Under the pieces are notes generated by a model, which worked only from the letters and a program-made list of their open reading frames with translations, searched no databases and was not told the DNA's origin. Shown piece by piece: positions 30,301 through 37,793 of a stretch of DNA of 64,000 nt. The position numbers and the translations under genes were made by a program. The stretch comes from Planctomycetota bacterium. Lineage in GTDB: Bacteria > Planctomycetota > B15-G4 > JADJEK01. The stretch covers positions 2,361-66,360 of the forward strand of contig JACQZJ010000117.1 of NCBI GenBank assembly GCA_016213895.1. The letters run 5' to 3'. The first letter of the stretch is position 1, and each line of letters starts with the position of its first letter.

Positions 30301-30645
30301 ACCGATCCGGCCAACCTGCAGCCCAAGATCAGGAAGCTCAACCGCGACGTCGCCGCGTTCCTGCGCGCGCACCCGCCCGACGTGGACCAAGAGCGTCTCA
30401 ACCGGGCGCTCGACGCGGTGGAGTCACCCTGGCCGCGGCGGGAGGAGCATGCCCTGCGCGATGCCTGGGAGCGCACATACGCGTCGAACACAGAGAAGGC
30501 GAAGGCCCTCGTCGAGCAGATCGAGAGCATCGGAGCTGAGCCCTTCCACGCCCCGGACCCGCTGCCGCCGATTGCGGAGGAGGAGATCCACTTGGTCGCC
30601 TGGTTGGCGCTCGAGGCCGAAGTAGCACAGCGAGGCGCCGGGTGA
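27331..30645 (+). CDS. PLD-family (HKD) nuclease domain fused to SNF2-family helicase/translocase (1104 aa)
   Basis: Single HKD motif EGHFLHAKAFVFRG…GSANLT near the N-terminus. SNF2 motifs: ADGVGLGKT (I), VVVDEAHNYRN (II), LLTATPVNNS (III), LLCTDVLAEGMNLQQ (V), QRHGRVDRIG (VI). GTG start overlaps the upstream TGA. Confidence 0.8.
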   Translation: MKDLDESDAPAARPLFIDNREGNTLARAITAHLATLRRAGLIPAELCVASCYFNPQGLELIAGEVRHVPRVRLLLGADPTPEAFLPQRTPYDPTEPEFTHQRVSQGLARLERALRQDRDLLPFSLEEDGAIRHLLDFLRSGHIEVRRYEGHFLHAKAFVFRGAERGILAGSANLTRAGLETNLELVLGHHQDPLVARVEEWFESLWREAAPFDLAAIYAELLAEVPPYLVYLKVLWHLYHAELEQEEKETGRIPITTFQKHGVWRARKILARYGGVMIADGVGLGKTFTAGEIIRDYRERRQRVLLVCPASLRDTTWARFLNDHQLLVECLSYEELANDAQLGGDKSRLKNPLDDYALVVVDEAHNYRNPDTAKRAAILRRLLAGKRRDLVLLTATPVNNSLWDLYHLLRFFMKQDAWLADRGVLSMRERFEQAMRADPFNLSPDLLYPIIDATTVKRTRRFIKKHYASDMIRGPDGRLAAIRFPKPVALSIGYDLDAALPGFLARLEEILMPEGGRPLLHMARYQPERYPADGSDAGDDTALVGLLRSALLKRFESSGEAFRRTVVRMIRQHEIFLEALSRGWIVYREFFREMSAAEDEGDSEEIIEASEQVEDASAFDVARLGADVRSDLALLREMAAEAAKVRPEDDPKLAALVETLAECARQADAEAADEEDAHQNRKVLVFSHYEDTIDWIEEHLRKAIERDARLAAYHGRVASVSGADERGGVARDKALHGFAPISTGALPPDAEDRFDLLLCTDVLAEGMNLQQCRNVVNYDLPWNPMRLVQRHGRVDRIGSAHPKVFLRTFFPGAQLDAMLNLEARVRRKLAQAAASVGVEEAPIEGGAEAERSFAETREEIERLHREDASIYEAGGTEGAAQTGEEYRQELRRGLERYGDAIHDLPWRSGSGMRKGDRAGHVFCATVGDRVYLRFVPREAAAEVVGELGTCLRLIECSEHTPRVLSTEMVLAAYDAWARARQGILAAWTFETDPANLQPKIRKLNRDVAAFLRAHPPDVDQERLNRALDAVESPWPRREEHALRDAWERTYASNTEKAKALVEQIESIGAEPFHAPDPLPPIAEEEIHLVAWLALEAEVAQRGAG

Positions 30646-30818
30646 GGTACGGCGATGAGCCATGAAGAGCCGCGGCGCCACTGCCTGCTCATCGACGATA
30701 CCCGACGGGCGGCTCCCCTGAACGTGTCGCTGCACGTTGGGCGGACAGCGGTGCCCGAGATTGGCGTTTTGGCCGCCCGAGGCGGTTCCTGTCGGGCGAG
30801 GCCGGCGGGAGGATGCGA

Positions 30819-31373
30819 ATGGCACTCGTGGTCTTTCTGAGAGGGGTCAACGTGGGTGGCCACCGGACCTTCCGGCCCACGACGCTGGCCGAGCAGCTGA
30901 CCCACCTCGATGCTGTCAACATCGGGGCGGCGGGCACGTTCGTGATCCGGCGGCCGATCACCCGGGCGCACCTCCGCGCCGAAGTGGCGCGCAGGCTTCC
31001 CTTCGCTGCCGAGATCGTGATCTGCGAGGGCCGCGAAATGGTCGGGTTGCTGTCCAAGAACTGCTTCGCGGATCAACCCGTGCGACCGGACATCGTCCGC
31101 TTCGTGAGCATCCTGTCCAAGCGGCCCCGCTCGGCGCCGTCGCTGCCGATGAGCCTTCCTTCCACTGGCGAGTGGCTGCTGAGGATCCTCGCGAGGGAAG
31201 GCCGATTCGTCTTCGGCGTCTACCGGCGCCACGTGAAGGTCGTCGGCTACCTTGGCAAGATCGACCAGCTCTTCGGCGTCCCGGTCACCACGCGCAACTG
31301 GAATACCATCAACGCCATCGCCAAGGTGCTGGGTGACGCCGCGACTGATCGACCCGACGAGGGACAGCGGTAG
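30819..31373 (+). CDS. DUF1697 domain protein
   Basis: MALVVFLRGVNVGGHR…M N-terminal signature of DUF1697. RBS GGGAGG 6 nt before the second ATG. Confidence 0.6.
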   Translation: MALVVFLRGVNVGGHRTFRPTTLAEQLTHLDAVNIGAAGTFVIRRPITRAHLRAEVARRLPFAAEIVICEGREMVGLLSKNCFADQPVRPDIVRFVSILSKRPRSAPSLPMSLPSTGEWLLRILAREGRFVFGVYRRHVKVVGYLGKIDQLFGVPVTTRNWNTINAIAKVLGDAATDRPDEGQR

Positions 31374-31531
31374 CTGCGGCGCGACAGGCTGCTCATCGAC
31401 GACGAGTGGCACACCGTCGCAGCCAGCCAGCTCCGCCGCCGCGGAGGTGAAGTGGGACCTCGACCACCGCAAGCCGATGGCCGGCTCGCCGTCGCAGAGG
31501 GTCCTCGAGTACAACCAGGACCCCGGGCTAC

Positions 31532-31756
31532 ATGCGCGACCTGCTGCTCTACAAGTTGACCATCGAGGCGCAGAAGCGGCTCGAGGAGAGCCCCCTGTCG
31601 AAGCGGGAGATCATCCGGCGGCTCGGCACGTCGGCCGCGCAGTTGTATCGGCTCCTCGACTCCACCAACTACCGGAAGTCCGTGGACAAGCTGCTGCTCC
31701 TGCTGCACGTCCTCGACTGCGAGGTGGACCTCGTGGTGCGGGAAAGGAGCGCGTGA
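31532..31756 (+). CDS. small HTH-like protein (74 aa), hypothetical
   Basis: REIIRRLGTSAAQLYRLL helix-turn-helix-like segment. In-frame stop 27 codons upstream with no alternative start. Weak SD. Confidence 0.3.
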   Translation: MRDLLLYKLTIEAQKRLEESPLSKREIIRRLGTSAAQLYRLLDSTNYRKSVDKLLLLLHVLDCEVDLVVRERSA

Positions 31757-31861
31757 CGAGGATGCGGCCGGGGAACGCCTGCGGCCCGACTGTCCCCCGG
31801 CCCGAGGTTCAACTCCGCGGCCCCGCTGAGCCCTGAACTCGAACTACCTACGGAGCACAGG

Positions 31862-32272
31862 ATGAACATGTTGCGTCTCGCCATTCCGGCCGTCGCGGCG
31901 ACGGTGGCCTTCTTCGCCCTTGGCTTCCTTGGGGAGGGTTGGCTGCTTCGTGAGCACTTCTTGCCGTATCAGGCCCTCTACCGCATGCCAGAGCAGCTCC
32001 AGAGGTTCATGCCAATCGGAATGGTGGCGCTGTTCCTCGGGAATCTCGTGGTTGCGGCGATCTACGCCAAGTGGTGCAACGGACGGCCCGGCGCCTCATC
32101 GGGACTTCGGTTCGGGTTGCTGGTAGGCGTCTTCGTGGCATGCGTGCACCCGATTGCGAACCTCCTGACCATGAACCTCGGACTCCGGCTCGGGATCGAG
32201 ATCACCGCGGCCACGTTCGTGCAGTGGGCGGCAGTCGGAATGGTGCTCGGGTCGACCTGCAGGCCACGGTGA
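31862..32272 (+). CDS. hypothetical integral membrane protein (4 predicted TM helices)
   Basis: Four hydrophobic stretches (AIPAVAATVAFFALGFLG, PIGMVALFLGNLVVAAIYA, FGLLVGVFVACVHPIANLL, ATFVQWAAVGMVLG). Confidence 0.4.
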   Translation: MNMLRLAIPAVAATVAFFALGFLGEGWLLREHFLPYQALYRMPEQLQRFMPIGMVALFLGNLVVAAIYAKWCNGRPGASSGLRFGLLVGVFVACVHPIANLLTMNLGLRLGIEITAATFVQWAAVGMVLGSTCRPR

Positions 32273-32335
32273 CCGGCCCCGATCCGCCTCCCCTCCCGTG
32301 GAAGGCGCCATCCACGCGCAGCGTACCGTTGGCGA

Positions 32336-32545
32336 TCAACCGCCCGCCGAAGGCGGGTCCGCTGCATCGGCCTGCTGGATGGCGTCCCTGTCGCCCTCGG
32401 CGAGCTTCCGCCCGAGTTCGGTCGACGCGGCCCTCTGCGAGATGAATCGAACGCGCTCATCGGGCGTCATGTGCCCCATCTCCTCGCTGAGCCTATCGCG
32501 GAGGTCGCGCATGAGCTTCACCGCGTCAAAGGTCTTCGTTCTCAT
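32336..32545 (-). CDS. small hypothetical protein downstream of / overlapping the PIN gene (possible cognate TA partner or independent small ORF)
   Basis: MRTKTFDAVKLMRDLRDRLSEEMGHMTPDERVRFISQRAA is a structured-looking small peptide, but it sits 3' of the toxin-like gene, an atypical order. Confidence 0.25.
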   Translation of the reverse strand: MRTKTFDAVKLMRDLRDRLSEEMGHMTPDERVRFISQRAASTELGRKLAEGDRDAIQQADAADPPSAGG

Positions 32546-33011
32546 CCTTCCAGACCTCCAGGGGCGACCGGATCTCCAGCAGCGGATAGCCCCCACGAAG
32601 GTTGACCGCATTGAATCCGCGGATGCGATCCAGATTCACGATATGACGGAAGTTCCAGCTCACCAGCACGTCGACCCTCGCCACCGTGGCCACCGCAATG
32701 TGCTGCGCGTCAGCGAGCATTCGCCGCGATACCACCCCCTGTCTGATGTACTCCTCCGCGAGTGCTTCGGATTCCGCGCCCTGCCGGACGAGCTCCAGGC
32801 ACCTCCTCGGCAGGCCGTGGATCACGTCGCGCACCACCGCCGGAGCGGACGCAAGCTCGGCCAAGGTCGTGTCGGAGATCACCAGGAGCGCATCTCCGGC
32901 GCGGCTGCGATCAAACAGGCGAAGCGATGCCTCCCGGTACTCCTCATCCAAGCACCCGCCGATCACGGACGTATCGACGTAGACACGAATCGCTCTGCCG
33001 GGAGCAACCAT
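32526..33011 (-). CDS. PIN-domain ribonuclease, VapC-like toxin
   Basis: N-terminal VYVDTSVIGG acidic pocket, …ISDTTLAEL…, and WNFRHIVN near the C-terminus, typical of PIN toxins. Confidence 0.6.
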   Translation of the reverse strand: MVAPGRAIRVYVDTSVIGGCLDEEYREASLRLFDRSRAGDALLVISDTTLAELASAPAVVRDVIHGLPRRCLELVRQGAESEALAEEYIRQGVVSRRMLADAQHIAVATVARVDVLVSWNFRHIVNLDRIRGFNAVNLRGGYPLLEIRSPLEVWKDENEDL

Positions 33012-33080
33012 GCGAGTATTCTACGCCTCGCACTTCTCCCGGAGAAGCCCCGACACAGGGAGCGCCGCTCGGCCCGAGGC

Positions 33081-34394
33081 TCAGCGCGCCGGCCCGCCAC
33101 AGGTGCAGGGCGAGAGCAGCGCCCGCATGGCCTCGGGCGTGGCGGCACGGAGGACCTGGAGCCCGCAGGCGGCGGCCTCGCGGGCGTAGAGGGGATCGCG
33201 CGGCGAGCCGGTGAGGAGCAGGGCCGAAGCTGCGGTGTAGAGGCCGCCGCGCTGGCGCGCGTGGACGCGGGAAGCGTCGATCAGCATGTCCGGCAGCTCC
33301 GCTGCGTCGCGGCCAAGGCCAGCGAGAAGGGTTTCGGCCGCGCGCGTCACTACCGCCAGCTGATCGCCTGAAGGCGGCTCCACGCGCAGCACGAAGGTCG
33401 CGGGATCGCTCGCGCGGAAGGCCCGGCAAAAGGCCGCGAGCGCCGCTTTCCAGTCGCCGCCGCAGGGGTCGGCAATGCAGAGCAGCCGCAGGTCGCGGGC
33501 GCCTTCGAGCGCGAGCGGCGGCGCGTCCGGATGGAAGACCTCCTCGTGCCTGAGCGGGATGAAGTCGCGCTCCGCGTCGAAGGTCCGCGCCTGCGCCAGG
33601 CGCGTGGCCGGATACGGCCCAAGCTCTCCCCCGTGCTCCCACTTGTGGCAGAACCACAGCCAGTTGTCGCGGAGAAGCGCGCCGTAGTCGATGCGCGAGG
33701 AGCGCCAGGTGGCGCTGCCCTGGTGGTGCACGAACACGCCGTTCGCCACCGCCAGCAGACGGCCGGCGCGCAGCACGCGCAGGCAGAAGTCGTCGTCCTC
33801 AAAGTTGCCGAGCCAGAAGCAAGGATCGAGGCCGCCGACCTCGTCCAGCAGCTCGCGGCGCATGAGCAGACAGAGACCCACGAGACGCGGCAGGAAGAAG
33901 CGCTCCCCGGCGTGCGCCGCGCTCCAGCCCGCGGCAAACTTCTCGAGACCCGTGAGTCCCTCGTACGCCGCCTCCTTGACGACCTGCGGCCCCGAGGCGC
34001 GGTTCGTGCGCGGCCCGACGAGGGCGACGCGCGCGTCGGAGAGGAGCACGCTCCTCATCCCCTCGAGCCAGCCGCGCGTCACGATCACGTCATTGTTGAG
34101 GAGCGCCACGAACTCGCCGCGCGCGGCAACGAAGCCCTGATTGCAGGCGAAGGCGAAGCCCTCGTTCTGTTCATTGGCGAGGAGCACGACTTCCGCTCCG
34201 CCCGCGCGCAGCTCCCGCGCCAGGCCGGCGAAATCCTCCTCCGAGCCATTGTCCACCAGGATGATCTCGAGGTCCCCGGGCGTGTGCGCGCGGAGCGCCG
34301 CCACGCACGCGCGCGTGAGCGCGAGGTTGTTCAGGACCGGCAGCACCACGCTCAGGAGCCCGCGTTGCCGCCGCGCTTCAGCCGGGGAGCGCAC
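33081..34394 (-). CDS. family 2 glycosyltransferase
   Basis: LSVVLPVLNN…IILVDNGS…DDDF GT-A fold motifs (DxD as FEDDDF). Confidence 0.75.
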   Translation of the reverse strand: MRSPAEARRQRGLLSVVLPVLNNLALTRACVAALRAHTPGDLEIILVDNGSEEDFAGLARELRAGGAEVVLLANEQNEGFAFACNQGFVAARGEFVALLNNDVIVTRGWLEGMRSVLLSDARVALVGPRTNRASGPQVVKEAAYEGLTGLEKFAAGWSAAHAGERFFLPRLVGLCLLMRRELLDEVGGLDPCFWLGNFEDDDFCLRVLRAGRLLAVANGVFVHHQGSATWRSSRIDYGALLRDNWLWFCHKWEHGGELGPYPATRLAQARTFDAERDFIPLRHEEVFHPDAPPLALEGARDLRLLCIADPCGGDWKAALAAFCRAFRASDPATFVLRVEPPSGDQLAVVTRAAETLLAGLGRDAAELPDMLIDASRVHARQRGGLYTAASALLLTGSPRDPLYAREAAACGLQVLRAATPEAMRALLSPCTCGGPAR

Positions 34395-34405
34395 GCGCCC
34401 TCCGC

Positions 34406-37400
34406 TCAGGTCGCGCCGGCGAGCGCGGGCTCAGAGCGGCCGGCGATCGCCTGCGCGTACACGTCAAACCAGTCCATGGCGCGCTGCTGGATGGTGCGCT
34501 CGGCAAACGCGATGTTGCTGGCGCAGAGCGCCATGTCGCGGCGCATCTCCTTGCACGCCATGAGCTGCTCGACCGCCGCCGCCCAGGCGCCGGGATCGTC
34601 GCCGAGCAGCAGGCCGGTGCGACCCTGGACCACGCCGAGGAACGGGTCCCTGGCGGAGAACAGGCCGGGCACGCGGCAAGCGGCCAGCTCGAGCCAGACG
34701 CTGTCAGAGAGGGTGGTGAAGACCGGGTCATCCGACACAGGCACGAGCGCCAGGTCGAGCGGCCGGGTCTGCATGCGCTTGGCGTACTCCAGGTAGAACG
34801 GGCTCGCCGCGGCGACGCTGCGCGACGCGGGCAGGTCCACGGCCTGGCCGCCGAGCGGGAACCAGGTGGTGAGCGCCACCTCGCCGCGGCCCTGCTGGAG
34901 AGCCGGGCCGAGCGCACGCACCACGTCCGCCAGGAACTCGGGATGACACCAGCCGCCGATCAGCCCGACGTGGAAGGTGCGGCCGCTGCAGTCCCGCCAC
35001 TTTGCCGTGCTCGGCCACAGCTCCACGTCGAACATGCTCTCGAGCACGACGATGCGCTCCTGCGCGCCAGGCGCGATCTCGGCGAGCGCGTCCCTGAGGC
35101 CAGACGTCGGCACCGTGGTCACGTCTGCCTCGGAGACCATCCAGGCCACGTCCTCGCGGCCCGCAATCGCGCCGCTTCCCGCCCCGCGCTCCCGCCCGGC
35201 GAAGAACAGGTCGTCGATCTCGAAGACGATCGGCTTCCCGGCGGCGCGCGCGCGGCTCACGATCGGCTCGGCGAGCCGGCGCGCGGCAAACGCCCGGTGG
35301 ATGACCACCAGGTCCGCCCAGCCGTCGACGTCCGCGTGCGCCCCGCCGTCGCTCCAGCGCGCCTGGGCCAGCGCCGCGCGCTCGAGTACCTTGAAGGGCG
35401 AGGCGAGGCGCGTCTGCACGTGATGTCCAGAGATGGGGTCGGCGGTGTAGACGGCGACCTTGAGCGGCGCGCCGCTGCCTTGCCGGGGCGCCTCCTCGCC
35501 GCGCTTCCCCGCGCCCGCGGCGGCCGCCCTCTCCAGGGCGACGAGCAGCGGACTGAAGTCGACCGCGGGGAAGGCCGCGCGCGCCTTCCTGACCACGGCG
35601 AGCGCGTCGTCCGCGCGGCCGGCCTGGACCATCATCTCGGCCGTGGCCACCGCCTCCTCGGGCTTGAGCTCGGCCTCGACCAGGGCGGCTAGGCGGCCGG
35701 AGACCTGGTCCTCCTGGCCCGTGGCGCGCAGGTGCTGCACGTGCTCCCGCGCGATGTCCGCGTCCGCCGGATGGGCCAGGACGGCGTTCTCGAGCGCCTG
35801 CTCGGCCTTCAGCGAATCGCCGGCCGCGCGGTACAGGCGCACCAGCCACAGGTGCCCGTCCGCCAGCTCGGGCGCGCGCCGGATCGCGGCCGCAAACACC
35901 TTCTCCGCGGCCCCGAGATACGCCTTGCTCGCCAGCTCCGCGCCAGTCTCCACCACCTTTGCGGCGCACTCGGGATCGAGCTCGAGCGCCTTCTCGAGGC
36001 TCTCCGCGGCCCCTGACACCAGCCCGTTCCTGGCCTGCTGCCTGGCGAGCACCTGGAAGAGCAGCGCCGCCGCGCGCGCCACCTCCTCGTCGCCGACCCG
36101 CTCCGGCCGCTCGCACGCGCCCGTGGCCACGAACGAGCGGTAGAGGTCGTCCCAGCGCATCGCCCCCGTGTCGAGGCACAGGTTGGCGCGCACCGTCTCA
36201 TAGGCCGAGCGGGCGATCGCGGCGCGCAGCTCGTGGTCGCCAATCATCAGCTCCAGCGCCTCGACCCACGCGGCCGTGGTGTTCTCGACCAAGAGCCCGG
36301 TCTGGCCGTGGACGATCGACCCGGAGTAGGGCGTGATGTCCGAGTACACGCCCGGAATGCCGCAGATCGAGTACTCCAGCCACTTGAGGTCGCTCTTGCT
36401 GTGGTTGAAGGGGTGGTCCGCGAGCGGCGCGATGGCGAGGTCGATGTGCGCGCCGCGCACGCCGCGCGCGTGCTTGACCACATCCGCTTGCGGGCCGCGC
36501 ACCAGACGCACGCCCTCGAGGCCGGCGAGTTCCTTCGGCAGGTAGCCCCAGAAGTGGAAGGCGACCTGCCCGCGGTGCTTGCGCGCCAGGTACTGGATCG
36601 TCTCCTTGACGATCGCCAGGTCGCCGTCGTGAGTCGGCGAACCGAACCAGCCGACGACGAAGGGCTCGCCCGCGGCGCGCCGGCGCTCCCTGAAGTCGCC
36701 GCCCCAGATGCTCGTGTTCACCACGTTGCGGCAGACGTAGGCCTTGTCCCGGACGCTCGGCTCCTGCGCGTGGAGCTCCTCGATGAGCGGCTGGGTCGAG
36801 GCGGTGATGAAGTCGGCGCGCGCGACCGCGTCCAGCAGGTCGGGCGTGATCTTGGTGCAGTAGCTCCACAGGGGATTGTGGCGCGGCAGGTTGGTGAGCA
36901 GGTCGTCGATCTCGAAGACGACCGGCTTGCCCAGCAGACGCGCCGCCTTCATGACCTCCGCGCCCACGCTGCGGTCGGCGAACTCGCGCTGCACCACGAA
37001 CAGGTCGGCCTCGAGCAGCGTCTCGACGTCGAGCTTCTGGTCGAAGGCGCTGACGAAGGTCAAGTCGAGGCGCCCCTGGCGCTCCAGCTCCCGCAGCGGA
37101 TCGAGGACGCGCAGCCGGACCACCGCCCATTCGGCCTTCTCCTTGGAGAAGACCACCACCTTGAGCTTCCGCGTGATCCTGCGGAACCGCAGCGCCTGAC
37201 GGGCGATGTAGCTCGGGTTGTCCCGCAGCACCGGGTAGAAGCCGTTCTGCGCGAACAGCTCCTGCCAGTACTCCGCCGGCTGCACGTTCACGTGGGTCCG
37301 CTCGGCGTGGTCCTCGGCCGTCGACGAGAAGACGATCTCGCGGGCGTGGTCGCAGAGGTTCTTGACGAGGACCGCAGCGTGTTCCTCGGGCAGGTGCTCG

Positions 37401-37750
37401 GCGATCTCGATGCAGGTGATGAGGTCGTACTGCTCGCCGAACGGCTCGGTGGCCAAGCCCACGCGGCAGTACGGACGGATGTCCTCGCGCACCTGGGAGA
37501 CGGCGTACTCGGAGGCGTCGATGCCGTACGCCTCCACCCCCAGGTCCCGGAGGTGCTCCACCAGGAAACCCATCGCGCAGCCCACGTCCAGGGTCTTCCT
37601 CGGCCGGAAGGTCTCCACCAGGTTCCTGGCCGCGACGCTGAAGTGGTTCTGCCAGACGGCGACGTCCCTGCGGTAGGGCACGGAGCCGCAGTGGTGCTCG
37701 TAGTACTCGGCGTCGTAGATCTCGCCCGGGTTCTGGTTCTCGCTGGTCAT
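34406..37750 (-). CDS. multidomain polysaccharide-modifying protein: class I SAM-methyltransferase + GT-B glycosyltransferase + TPR repeats + second GT-B domain (1114 aa)
   Basis: TLDVGCAMGFLVEHL…GIDASEYAV SAM motif. Two regions with GT1-like 'E…GxPVVxS' patterns. Central TPR-like A/L-rich helices. Confidence 0.65.
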   Translation of the reverse strand: MTSENQNPGEIYDAEYYEHHCGSVPYRRDVAVWQNHFSVAARNLVETFRPRKTLDVGCAMGFLVEHLRDLGVEAYGIDASEYAVSQVREDIRPYCRVGLATEPFGEQYDLITCIEIAEHLPEEHAAVLVKNLCDHAREIVFSSTAEDHAERTHVNVQPAEYWQELFAQNGFYPVLRDNPSYIARQALRFRRITRKLKVVVFSKEKAEWAVVRLRVLDPLRELERQGRLDLTFVSAFDQKLDVETLLEADLFVVQREFADRSVGAEVMKAARLLGKPVVFEIDDLLTNLPRHNPLWSYCTKITPDLLDAVARADFITASTQPLIEELHAQEPSVRDKAYVCRNVVNTSIWGGDFRERRRAAGEPFVVGWFGSPTHDGDLAIVKETIQYLARKHRGQVAFHFWGYLPKELAGLEGVRLVRGPQADVVKHARGVRGAHIDLAIAPLADHPFNHSKSDLKWLEYSICGIPGVYSDITPYSGSIVHGQTGLLVENTTAAWVEALELMIGDHELRAAIARSAYETVRANLCLDTGAMRWDDLYRSFVATGACERPERVGDEEVARAAALLFQVLARQQARNGLVSGAAESLEKALELDPECAAKVVETGAELASKAYLGAAEKVFAAAIRRAPELADGHLWLVRLYRAAGDSLKAEQALENAVLAHPADADIAREHVQHLRATGQEDQVSGRLAALVEAELKPEEAVATAEMMVQAGRADDALAVVRKARAAFPAVDFSPLLVALERAAAAGAGKRGEEAPRQGSGAPLKVAVYTADPISGHHVQTRLASPFKVLERAALAQARWSDGGAHADVDGWADLVVIHRAFAARRLAEPIVSRARAAGKPIVFEIDDLFFAGRERGAGSGAIAGREDVAWMVSEADVTTVPTSGLRDALAEIAPGAQERIVVLESMFDVELWPSTAKWRDCSGRTFHVGLIGGWCHPEFLADVVRALGPALQQGRGEVALTTWFPLGGQAVDLPASRSVAAASPFYLEYAKRMQTRPLDLALVPVSDDPVFTTLSDSVWLELAACRVPGLFSARDPFLGVVQGRTGLLLGDDPGAWAAAVEQLMACKEMRRDMALCASNIAFAERTIQQRAMDWFDVYAQAIAGRSEPALAGAT

Positions 37751-37793
37751 CTCGTTCCTGTCTGGTTCGGTTCGTTCCGGTTCCGTCGACGGT

